Source: a bacterium
GTDB taxonomy: Bacteria > Bacteroidota > Bacteroidia > Bacteroidales > Paludibacteraceae
DNA length: 64,000 bases
Direction of reading: 5' to 3'
Assembly: GCA_963591775.1 (NCBI GenBank)
Contig: CAVATM010000010.1
Span: 27,727 to 91,726, forward strand
This document shows, one piece after another, positions 11,233-20,204 of the stretch (position 1 is its first letter; each line of letters begins with the position of its first letter). The position numbers and the translations under genes are program-made. The notes under the pieces were generated by a model. That model searched no databases. It saw only the letters and a program-made list of their open reading frames with translations, and was not told where the DNA came from.

Positions 11233-12459
11233 TTAGTACAAGAATCCAAGCAGCCACAGCGGGATAAAGTTTCCTCGTCCGGCCTCAATCGTACCAATGG
11301 CACACGGGCGTATGCTCTCACGCGTAGGCGTTTCGCTCTTCACATCGAAGTAGTATTTCCCGTCCACCACAAACATAGCATTCCGTTCTGTCGCATTGAC
11401 TTTGTGTCCGCCATGCAAAGCACAATAGAAGAATGTCTCAAATATATCTTGCGATTGCAGGTCACGCGTGTGTGCCATATACAACAGGTTCGTATTCTGC
11501 ATATACACCTTAGCAGGCTTCATGGGGAAAGTCTTATCCTCGGTATAGAGCAGGTTCAGCAAGCGTGCATCCTTAAGATACTTAATATAGTTCATTGTAG
11601 TAGCACGCGACAATCCAATTTCGTCCGATATACTACTGATATTCAGTGCACAAGGCGTGGTTTGCAGCATAATATAGAGCAGGCGTCGCAGTTTGGGTAA
11701 GCAGGCTACATCTATCTGCTTTATCATCAGCACATCTATCTCAAGCATCATGTTCATGGTCTTGAGCAGGTCGTCCTCAAAGTTCTTACGCTCCAGATAC
11801 GACGGATAGTACCCATGCTTGAGGTAGTCTTTGAAGTAGTCCAACGGATGCACATGCTCGCAAATCTCTCGTGCTATCGAGGCGTGCGAATGCAGAATCT
11901 CTTCCAGCGTATAAGTACGCAGCCGAAGCCCTGTCTGTAGATTTAGATACTCACGGAAAGAGAAACCTCGCAAGTTATACATCTTGACAATAGAAGAAAT
12001 GTCCTTATTATCTTCTATTAGACGCATCACAGGCGAGGCGCAGAATACAATATGCAGGTCTTTGTACTTATCGTAACACTTCTTCAACTCTTTCGACCAG
12101 GTAGGATACTTGAACATCTGGTCAACAAGCAGCGTATGACCGCCCGCCTTCACAAACATTCCCGCAAATTCCACCAACGAATGTTCCGTGAAATAGAAGT
12201 TGTTCAAATTCACATACAGACACGGACGATTGACACCTTTCTTGTATCCATCGACAACACCGGTCATTTCTTGGTCGGCTCGTTCTATCTCTTTGGCACG
12301 CGCCAATAGGAAGTCGGTTTTCCCCACTCCACGACCGCCTTTGATAGCAATCAGACGCTCATTCCAATCAATCTCATCCATCAACAAACGACGAATGGGC
12401 ATCTCGGAATGTGCTACCAAATAATCGTGTATTCGAAAAAATGCTTCTAATTCCACCAT
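11233..12459 (-). CDS. AAA-family ATPase (DUF4143-type ATP-binding protein)
   Basis: 408 aa. Walker A GGRGVGKT and a Walker B-like LLVDQMF. The C-terminal half resembles the DUF4143/wHTH architecture common in Bacteroidales. Confidence 0.7.
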   Translation of the reverse strand: MVELEAFFRIHDYLVAHSEMPIRRLLMDEIDWNERLIAIKGGRGVGKTDFLLARAKEIERADQEMTGVVDGYKKGVNRPCLYVNLNNFYFTEHSLVEFAGMFVKAGGHTLLVDQMFKYPTWSKELKKCYDKYKDLHIVFCASPVMRLIEDNKDISSIVKMYNLRGFSFREYLNLQTGLRLRTYTLEEILHSHASIAREICEHVHPLDYFKDYLKHGYYPSYLERKNFEDDLLKTMNMMLEIDVLMIKQIDVACLPKLRRLLYIMLQTTPCALNISSISDEIGLSRATTMNYIKYLKDARLLNLLYTEDKTFPMKPAKVYMQNTNLLYMAHTRDLQSQDIFETFFYCALHGGHKVNATERNAMFVVDGKYYFDVKSETPTRESIRPCAIGTIEAGRGNFIPLWLLGFLY

Positions 12460-12702
12460 ATATCGTGTCTTTCGTGCTTATCTATGTTTGAATCGTCTCC
12501 ACCGCTTAGTTCCTCACCTTTACCACCACCTGTGGCCTTCCCTTCTTCCCCTCAAACTTACTCTCCACGGGGTTACCTCTCCGTCTGCCGTATCTCCCAT
12601 TCTATTCCATCCCCCAATCGTCAGTCTGGTTCCAATACAGCAAAACGGCCTAATAATCAGCCATTTATCTAAAAGCCGACTATATAGTCCTCATTTTGGC
12701 TG

Positions 12703-12710
12703 CAAAATTA
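12703..12710 (-). promoter_or_regulatory. -7 box TAATTTTG (minus strand), about 245 nt upstream of AAA ATPase start
   Basis: Exact TAnnTTTG match. Confidence 0.4.
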
Positions 12711-13032
12711 CTACAAATATCCAAGTTTTGCAATATGTACTTTGCATTTTTCGCATTTTTTGCACCTTTGCAGCCATTTCGCACCTCTTTTCGGGCATTT
12801 GCTTATCATCATTTCCCAATCTTTTTCTCGCTCTCATCAGTCTATAAGTCCATTTGCGGACCGAATCGGACTATCATACCCGAGAAATAGGTGGCAACAT
12901 ACATCCTGTTTTATTCGCTTTTACCGATTCGCATTGCTAATGTCACCTTGCTCACAAACCTATTCAACCATCCCTATTTCATCATACAAAAGTCCCGAAT
13001 ATCGCAAAATTTAGTTAACCTATTTCCGTCCG

Positions 13033-13040
13033 CAAAGGTA
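13033..13040 (-). promoter_or_regulatory. -7 box TACCTTTG (minus strand) inside ORF-free region
   Basis: Exact TAnnTTTG match. No ORF lies downstream for about 570 nt. Confidence 0.35.
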
Positions 13041-13104
13041 CGATTTTTCTCTCTCCCCCTCATATTTTTCACTCCGTCTTGCTGATTATGAGAGTCCCTA
13101 ACCG

Positions 13105-13215
13105 CCCCTTATTTTGCCTATTTTGTCGATTAGCTGTCTATCTCGGACGTATCACCCTACCATTACCCTACCATATTACGCTCTTATAAGGCTCTTACAT
13201 ACCCCTTTTTACACC
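13105..13215 (-). repeat. copy A of three-copy conserved noncoding element (TGGTAGGG-N3-TGGTAGGG core at 13126-13174)
   Basis: The reverse complement matches 52648-52696 at about 43/49 positions by hand count. Flanking CTTATAAG and GCTAATCGA segments are also shared. Confidence 0.8.
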
Positions 13216-13334
13216 CTTCTTTTCTCTTCTCGTTTTTTTATTCCCCATATTTCTCGATTATCTTTTGCTCATACATTATTTTGCATAATTTTATAAAGCA
13301 CAAAATCATTGAATTACAACACAATAAAAGCAAA

Positions 13335-13371
13335 TAGCGGCAGCCAAACAAAAGGTGTTAGGCTACCGCTA
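13335..13371 (-). terminator. hairpin downstream of DMT transporter gene (end of PUL)
   Basis: TAGCGGCAGCC/GGCTACCGCTA, 11-bp stem with 1 mismatch and a 15-nt loop. Confidence 0.4.
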
Positions 13372-13395
13372 CCAATTTAGGATCAAAATTTCGTT

Positions 13396-14268
13396 CTATT
13401 TCGATAGAGCGTACATTGCAAAAGCCGCACAGCACAATCCTGCTATCTGTATTGGCGATGGTATAACATGAAGAATAATGAGTGACAGCAGTACCGTCAC
13501 CATTGGTGAGAGTCCCTCCATCGGTGATACCACCACCGCTTTGCCATATCGATAAGCATAGACCAATGTAAGTGCACCTATCGAGTTGAGTATCTGTATG
13601 CCGAACGATGACCAGAAAGGTACTGCCGCATTGCTTTCCGAAAAAAATGCCGAAGCATCACCGGACATCCAATATGCCACCGGCACCAATACGACTGCCG
13701 AGATCGCCATCCATACAAAAATAGATTCTGCATCCATGGAGTTGTTTGCAAACTTCATAAAGAAACCTTGCACACCCCAAGCCACTAGCACCAATACTGC
13801 CAATACGATCCAGAGCCAACCTTGCACGGGACTATCTTCTGTATTACTTTGTAACGATAGCAGTAGAATAGCCGCCAATGCCACCACAATACCGGCCAGT
13901 TGCCAATGCGAGGCTTTCTCGTGTAGAAAGACGGCTGCCAATGTTATCACAATAACAGGCGACATCGAAATAAACGGATAAATGATATACGATGGGCCAA
14001 GTGTCAGCGCCTTAAAGAGTACCAACTGTCCACCAGCCCCAAGCAGTCCGACGGCACACCCGAGCAGAATGGACCGCCCGTCATGTTTTAGTTTTCCTTT
14101 GTTGAGTGCCAACGCTACTAAAGCACATGGTATCATGGACAGCGCCCATGCTATATAGACTACCGTATCGGGAATGCCATGCTGAATCTGATAGCCCGAG
14201 AACGCTCCCCACACGCCCCAAGTACAGACCGTGATAAGGATAAACACCAACCAAATTTTGTTCTTCAT
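13396..14268 (-). CDS. DMT-superfamily (EamA/GRP-like) 10-TM sugar transporter
   Basis: About 290 aa and entirely hydrophobic repeats. It is the last gene of the PUL. The start was taken at MKNKIWLVF. Confidence 0.7.
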   Translation of the reverse strand: MKNKIWLVFILITVCTWGVWGAFSGYQIQHGIPDTVVYIAWALSMIPCALVALALNKGKLKHDGRSILLGCAVGLLGAGGQLVLFKALTLGPSYIIYPFISMSPVIVITLAAVFLHEKASHWQLAGIVVALAAILLLSLQSNTEDSPVQGWLWIVLAVLVLVAWGVQGFFMKFANNSMDAESIFVWMAISAVVLVPVAYWMSGDASAFFSESNAAVPFWSSFGIQILNSIGALTLVYAYRYGKAVVVSPMEGLSPMVTVLLSLIILHVIPSPIQIAGLCCAAFAMYALSK

Positions 14269-14334
14269 AAGACAAAAAACATTAAGTTGAATAAACAACG
14301 AAAATAATATACCTACTCGCCCCCAAAAACCATG

Positions 14335-15981
14335 CTATTTGATTTTCTCGAAATAAGGCAACCTAGAGAGAGGAACCTGAATCGTGTAAGTTTTGCCACC
14401 ACGATACCGTTTGCCCTGTTCATCACGCCATACGCCCTTCGGGAGCATTACTTGACGCGAAGTGCCCTCTGTCACCATAGGAGCCACCAAGTATCGGTCA
14501 CCCAGCATAAATTGATCTTTGCACTCCGCCAATCCTTGATGCGGGAACTGATACTCCATACAGCGAACTATCGGTTCCCCCGTTTTGGCAGCCTGATGCG
14601 CATACTTCATAATATATGGAGCAAAACGAGTATGCAAGAGTGCTGCCTCTCGCACAATTTGCAAATTCTCCGCCGACAACACACGCCATGGGGCAACCGA
14701 AAACTGCATCATAGGCATCAAAGCATGTATTTGTGCCGAACGCACAATAAGTGTTTGGTCAAATGCATCGGAATCAATACCCAAAAACGAAGTCCATTGT
14801 CCGCCTCCAATCATATCGGGACAGGTATAAGCATATCCTAACAACCCCGCCACACACATCGAAGGGATGAGCGATTGCACTGCGTCCCAACTATAGTCTT
14901 TGTCGCCTAAGCGTTGTACAAGAGGTTGTCCTCCCATACCCCAACACGCCCGATATTCGTTGAATGGGAATTGTAGTCCTATCAAAGCCCACGATGTTGT
15001 GTGATCAACAGTCGTTGCCTGCAGATCGAAAGCCCGAACACACGCAGAAGCATAGCAATTATTATCGCCTGCATCGAACTTGAATCCGTCGATACCATAC
15101 TCACGCTGCACAGTGCGAAGTTGCTCTACCAAATATTGCGCCACAGCAGGATTTGTAAGATCATAGCACGCCGAATAGCCATTCCACCAATTCAGTATGG
15201 CTGTTCCGCCATTGCAATCTTTTAGCAAATAGTCTTTCGCTACCAACTCTCTGTACTCCGGAGAATCAGGCGAAACAAAGGGACATACCCAGAGCATAAC
15301 CCGGAAGCCCATTGCATGCAATTCATCCACCATCGCTTTGGGGGAGGGGAAACGCTCTGTCTTGAACTCGAAATTGCCATAGTGCCGTTGCCAATTGTCA
15401 TCAATCATCAGTACGCCGGCAGGAAATCCATTGTCGATAATGGCGTGTGCATAGCGCAATATGTCCTCCTGATTCTGATTGTACATCAACTCTATCCATG
15501 TGTTATATTGCGGACGAGTAAAGAACAATGTATCGGGCAACAATCCGGAAGCAGGGAAATGCGCAGCCTGTGCCGCCATATAGGCATCACGCAGAGTCGT
15601 CCCCGCCTTGGTTTCCGTTAGCGGATAGGATGTTTTTATTTCTCCATCGGTAGCAGAAAAGACAAAGGCACTATCCGACCAACGATAGGTACCATCAGAC
15701 GACAAGAAAAGCGGCACCAACTGATTATTCTCATCTTGTGTATGCAAATCAAATAATGCTTGCTCTTTGTATGGTTGATTTGCGCCCAACCCTACGGCAG
15801 CTCCCCACCAATGAGGAGTAGTTGCCCCAAGCGAGAGCGAAACACATAGTCCGCCCCAAACTACACTTTTCCGCAGCAGAGCAGAGAAATTAAATTTGCC
15901 CAAGCAATTTAATTCCTTATCTACTTGTTCATATACTTGTTTTATTGTTTCCATCGTTGCCAAGTTATTTTCCCGAAGCAC
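14335..15981 (-). CDS. glycoside hydrolase family 31-like (clan GH-D)
   Basis: Contains VLMIDDNWQ, MLWVCPF and GIDGFKFDAGD, the last resembling the YicI-type GVDCFKTDFGE catalytic region. An alternative start exists at 15954. Confidence 0.75.
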   Translation of the reverse strand: MLRENNLATMETIKQVYEQVDKELNCLGKFNFSALLRKSVVWGGLCVSLSLGATTPHWWGAAVGLGANQPYKEQALFDLHTQDENNQLVPLFLSSDGTYRWSDSAFVFSATDGEIKTSYPLTETKAGTTLRDAYMAAQAAHFPASGLLPDTLFFTRPQYNTWIELMYNQNQEDILRYAHAIIDNGFPAGVLMIDDNWQRHYGNFEFKTERFPSPKAMVDELHAMGFRVMLWVCPFVSPDSPEYRELVAKDYLLKDCNGGTAILNWWNGYSACYDLTNPAVAQYLVEQLRTVQREYGIDGFKFDAGDNNCYASACVRAFDLQATTVDHTTSWALIGLQFPFNEYRACWGMGGQPLVQRLGDKDYSWDAVQSLIPSMCVAGLLGYAYTCPDMIGGGQWTSFLGIDSDAFDQTLIVRSAQIHALMPMMQFSVAPWRVLSAENLQIVREAALLHTRFAPYIMKYAHQAAKTGEPIVRCMEYQFPHQGLAECKDQFMLGDRYLVAPMVTEGTSRQVMLPKGVWRDEQGKRYRGGKTYTIQVPLSRLPYFEKIK

Positions 15982-16057
15982 TCCCGAAGCAACTCCGAAA
16001 CTACTTCAAAATTTCCCGTTAGGTAAAGGGTAGTAGCAGACAGGAAGTCCCCTACTT

Positions 16058-17464
16058 CTACAATTCAAGTGTCGTAAGATAGTTATATCCGGTCTGCTCG
16101 TCCCACATATCTTTGTTTGCCAGGCGAATAGAGCACTCCGGCTTGTCATGCAGTGTCTGGTATGGGTCTGGCAGATTGAGATAGACCTTATAGGTTCCAG
16201 ACATGTTGGCAGGGAGTTGCGCATGTAGTGTGGTCGTAATCGTATCACCTGCAAACCAGAAACGCGGGTCTATATTATTCTGTTGGAACACATATTTCTC
16301 CGATGTATTCGACTCAGATACCAGCACTAATTCCACATTACGCTTATTCACCGGAGCGGCAAAACCCACATTACGCAATGTTAATACCACCGCATAATGC
16401 TCGCCGGTCTTGGGTTCTTGCGTAGGATAAGCTTTATCCAATACCAAACGATAGCCCAACCGACGCTTTATTTCATCCATGTGCTTGGTCTGCACCCACC
16501 ACGAAAGAATGTCTTTGTGATAGTCACGATTGATATACGACCAGTGGTATTTCTCCATCTGTTCTATCGCATTACTACCTTCCGACTGTACACATTTATT
16601 GCAAGTCTCGCCGCCCATAAAGGTATATTTGGTATCCGCTTCCCAATAGGTACGCTCGTTGTTGTTACGATATGTACCCACATCGTTGTTACACGATACA
16701 AAACAATCATTATGCCCTGCCAAACGCGCCTTCGGTGTATTCTGATAAGCCTCGCTATCTGTCAGTGGCTCTGCCGTGTAACCATTCTGCTCTAAGTATG
16801 TCATCTTGTATTCCGGTGTACGCAAACAGATTTGTCTGTCTGCAGGGAATTGTTCCAACATTTGATTGAGCATTGTCCAACGGGGCTTATACTGCTCAGC
16901 TGTGGACGGATTGAATGGGAAACCAGATGTATAATACCATTCTCCCCAGGATCCGATAAATCCAGCCTGAATACAAGCAATTACATCTGCATTTTTGCAA
17001 AGCACCGGTCCTAATTGTGCTATATGTTTTGATACCCACTCGGGTGTAGCGTCCCATGGTTTGTCTTTTGCCTCATAATTGTTCTTATAGGCAAATCGCA
17101 ATACGGTCTTCACCCCCGCTTCACGGAGAGCATCGAAGTTGGTCTGCATGCGATCCAAAAACGCCTGCGGTATGTCGCTTTCAATATAGTCGGTTAGGTA
17201 ATATATGTGTAGAAAGAGCGTAATATTTTCATTTTTACGAACCGAACTAAGGGTAGCTACAGAAGCATGGGGCGATAAGTCTGCCGATGTATAAGACACA
17301 TGGGCGTAGAATCCACGCTCCGGATTCGGAAAAATCTCTGACGATTCAGTGTAATAGATAGTGCCCTCTGGATCTTTCTCTTCAGGGGTAGAGGGCGAAT
17401 TTGTATTGCAAGCCGTCAAGAATGGGGCTATCAGCAACAAGGTTAAAGGAAGGAACTGTTTCAT
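16058..17464 (-). CDS. DUF4874/DUF4832-type putative glycoside hydrolase lipoprotein
   Basis: Lipoprotein signal MKQFLPLTLLLIAPFLTAC. PNPERGFY and GFIGSWGEWY motifs are typical of this TIM-barrel family. Confidence 0.65.
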   Translation of the reverse strand: MKQFLPLTLLLIAPFLTACNTNSPSTPEEKDPEGTIYYTESSEIFPNPERGFYAHVSYTSADLSPHASVATLSSVRKNENITLFLHIYYLTDYIESDIPQAFLDRMQTNFDALREAGVKTVLRFAYKNNYEAKDKPWDATPEWVSKHIAQLGPVLCKNADVIACIQAGFIGSWGEWYYTSGFPFNPSTAEQYKPRWTMLNQMLEQFPADRQICLRTPEYKMTYLEQNGYTAEPLTDSEAYQNTPKARLAGHNDCFVSCNNDVGTYRNNNERTYWEADTKYTFMGGETCNKCVQSEGSNAIEQMEKYHWSYINRDYHKDILSWWVQTKHMDEIKRRLGYRLVLDKAYPTQEPKTGEHYAVVLTLRNVGFAAPVNKRNVELVLVSESNTSEKYVFQQNNIDPRFWFAGDTITTTLHAQLPANMSGTYKVYLNLPDPYQTLHDKPECSIRLANKDMWDEQTGYNYLTTLEL

Positions 17465-17614
17465 AGGAAAAACAATGAGCCCTATTGGGCTGAAATGAAA
17501 AAACAAGTATGGGCGTAGGACACGCGGGTGTCCTACACCCATACTCTCAACCAACATTACTTAAGTAATTTACAATACCTACGCTATCGTAAGCAGTAGG
17601 CATAGTGCACATAA

Positions 17615-18409
17615 TTATTCGCTCAAGTCAGTCGTGATAGATAGCAACTCAGCCTTAACCTCTGCGCCCGTCTCGTCTGCATCTGCATTCGGGAGAACAC
17701 CTACAGAACTCCAATTCTGCTGAATATCAAAACCAATCTTAAACTCATTGTTAATCGTTACAGGGATCAACTCACGCAGAAGTTGAATCTCAACCACATT
17801 GTTGCCAATCAGTTGCGAAGAACCAATGGGAAGATCACCTTCGCCAACCAATGCTCCCCATTTGTCAGAAGCATCATGATCTATCAAAGGATCGCTCCAA
17901 CTCCACCCGTCTCCTCCAACTTCTCCCCACCATTTGAACACAGCAGGATTGTAGGCGCAATTAATGGTACCATCATCTCCTGTAGAAAGAATAGCCGTCT
18001 CTAAGCAGATGTCAACACTACCAATCTTAAATTCGGTAGAATAACCACCCGTCTGGTCACTGTTATCTGCATCAATATAGATGTGGAATGGAACCCATGA
18101 CTTGTCGGTAATCTTCGACTCGTCAAATTCAACGAGCAAGTTGAGATACATTTGGTCGTTATAAACCTTTACACTCTTGAGTGCACTACGATTCTCTACC
18201 GGATTGGCAGCACTTGTAGTGGTGAATACATAGTCGGCAGGCAGCGTTGCCCACTCTGCTGCAGAGCCGTCAGAAACGCTCACTTTCGATACAAATGCCT
18301 CTGAGTCATCATCGTCACCATCAACAGGCGTGTCGGGATTATTTTTCTCTTTGCATGCTACGAAAGCAATGGTTGCGAAGCACATAAGTGCCAATTGAAA
18401 CTTTTTCAT
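17615..18409 (-). CDS. surface lipoprotein of unknown function (SusE/F position, candidate glycan-binding protein)
   Basis: Lipobox FVAC, an acidic linker, and a position directly downstream of susD. Confidence 0.55.
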   Translation of the reverse strand: MKKFQLALMCFATIAFVACKEKNNPDTPVDGDDDDSEAFVSKVSVSDGSAAEWATLPADYVFTTTSAANPVENRSALKSVKVYNDQMYLNLLVEFDESKITDKSWVPFHIYIDADNSDQTGGYSTEFKIGSVDICLETAILSTGDDGTINCAYNPAVFKWWGEVGGDGWSWSDPLIDHDASDKWGALVGEGDLPIGSSQLIGNNVVEIQLLRELIPVTINNEFKIGFDIQQNWSSVGVLPNADADETGAEVKAELLSITTDLSE

Positions 18410-18458
18410 AATGTTTGTGTTTTTAAATTGTTGGTATTTATAGATGTTGATTGATCAA

Positions 18459-20174
18459 TTAATAGCCCGGATTTTGTTGGATACCGCTGACGGTCCACTC
18501 TGCATTCGGAATCGGATACTGAATGTGATTGTAGGTCGGCTCTACCACTGCCCACGGTTGAGCACCGGGATAGCGACGATCCATTTTCATATTATTGCGA
18601 TATACATCGATCATACGATATCCCTCAAAAGCTAACTCCAGACGACGCTCATCCATCACAACAGCCAATGCCGCAGGCACTGCCGAACCATCTGCATATT
18701 GATACAGCCCATCGGTATAGCCATGCATATTGGAGGCTGAGAAAAGTCCTACATCCGGAATACCCGCACGGCGACGCAACACATTGACATCCGCCAATGC
18801 CTTGTCCGTTTCGCCCAACTTGGCGTATGCCTCAGCACGATTGAGCAATACCTCACCCCAACGACTGAAAACGGGGGATGATAATGTAGGGCTGCCGTCC
18901 TGATAGCCAAACTTGGTAACAAAATAGTTGGGATAGAAATAGCGTGCCTTCATCATCGGCAAGATACGCACTGCGCACTCCGTGCCTTTGTAAGTAACAA
19001 AATACTCGGTGTATTCGCCCTGAATGGTGCGTGCTTCAACTGTATAGGTTACTCCATCCGCACCGGTGAAGGTATAATTACCGGCAGCATTGAGCGTAGC
19101 CGTAAAGGACAGATTTTGGCGTCCCGAAGCATCATCTGGAGTCTCAGGGTCTGCAAAATAGACAAACTTCTTTGTTTCATCTGTTACCTGCGGTTTGATA
19201 AATGCCGTGTAACGCAGATCCGAAGGATAACGCTCGTACAAGTTGAGCAACGGGTCAGAAGGATATATTTCACCCCAACCACCGCCCTCACCATTGTACA
19301 TAGAGCCGATACCACCCTGACCACGGTCATCGGTTAGTTCGCACGCTACACAAAACAGCGTCTCATCAGAAGTCTTGGCATTGGCAAAATAGTTTGCAAA
19401 ATCGGATTCCAATTTTGTATCAATCGTAGCACCATTGAGCATTTCTTCTACCGTAGAGATAACTTCCGTATTTTTACCCATGTACAGGTAAACACGCGAT
19501 AGAAGCCCCAGTGCTGCATCGTGGCTCGGGTAGCCATGGTTACCACGCTCTTTACCACGCTGCATATACTTAGATGCCTGCTGCAAGTCTGCAACAATCT
19601 GTTCGTAAACTTTGCCCACTGACTCGCGCGTAATCGTAGAAGAGGTCGATGTCAACAGAGGCACGCCTACATTATCCGTGCCTTGCGAATAGGGTTTGGC
19701 AAAGAGTGTTACCATATGAAGATGCATCAAGGCACGCATATAGTACGCTTCGCCCAAAAGTTGCGTATCTTTCAAGTCAGAGCGACCACCCAGTGTCTCG
19801 ATAACCGTATTCGACATATATATCACCTTATAGGCAATCATCCACAGCGTACCCACATTTTTCAGGTTATCCGTCATAAGGTAAGCCGTTGCCTCATAGA
19901 GAGGGTCTGTCGTCTTGCCGGCAAGACAGGTGTTGTCTGCTGGAAACTCTGCCATCTGCGTATAGTGCCGAATATAGGCATTACCACTTGAGTAGCCGAT
20001 ATATTCCACCTCATCTTTGAGCAACGAGTAGCAGCCGTCCATTACATATTCTGCTCCCGATTCATCGCTAAGCAACGCCTCGGAGTTCAACTCGTCAGAT
20101 GGGAAGAAATCAAGACTACAACCGGACAATAGCAGCCCGAGAACAACTGTAGTTCCTAAAAGTATCCTTTTCAT
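18459..20174 (-). CDS. susD: SusD/RagB-family nutrient-binding outer-membrane lipoprotein
   Basis: Lipobox LLSGCS, TPR-like N-terminal half, and the conserved C-terminal ERRLELAFEGYR. Sits immediately downstream of susC. Confidence 0.9.
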   Translation of the reverse strand: MKRILLGTTVVLGLLLSGCSLDFFPSDELNSEALLSDESGAEYVMDGCYSLLKDEVEYIGYSSGNAYIRHYTQMAEFPADNTCLAGKTTDPLYEATAYLMTDNLKNVGTLWMIAYKVIYMSNTVIETLGGRSDLKDTQLLGEAYYMRALMHLHMVTLFAKPYSQGTDNVGVPLLTSTSSTITRESVGKVYEQIVADLQQASKYMQRGKERGNHGYPSHDAALGLLSRVYLYMGKNTEVISTVEEMLNGATIDTKLESDFANYFANAKTSDETLFCVACELTDDRGQGGIGSMYNGEGGGWGEIYPSDPLLNLYERYPSDLRYTAFIKPQVTDETKKFVYFADPETPDDASGRQNLSFTATLNAAGNYTFTGADGVTYTVEARTIQGEYTEYFVTYKGTECAVRILPMMKARYFYPNYFVTKFGYQDGSPTLSSPVFSRWGEVLLNRAEAYAKLGETDKALADVNVLRRRAGIPDVGLFSASNMHGYTDGLYQYADGSAVPAALAVVMDERRLELAFEGYRMIDVYRNNMKMDRRYPGAQPWAVVEPTYNHIQYPIPNAEWTVSGIQQNPGY

Positions 20175-20204
20175 GTTTATCGTGTTTATCATAGTTCAAC
20201 ATTA

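Noticed and set aside
12980-13000. AAAGTCC string checked as a possible RNase P RNA signature, along with a general scan of long intergenic regions for tmRNA, SRP or tRNA hallmarks
   Set aside because: There is no GAGGAAAGTCC context, no GGTTCGAATCC T-loop and no tRNA-like ends. None of the known housekeeping RNAs could be supported.
12484-13296. Series of 60-119-aa plus-strand ORFs in the AAA-ATPase upstream region
   Set aside because: The proteins are P/S/L/F-rich and simply reflect the pyrimidine-rich strand. They overlap one another in different frames and have no promoter or start context. The region is treated as noncoding.
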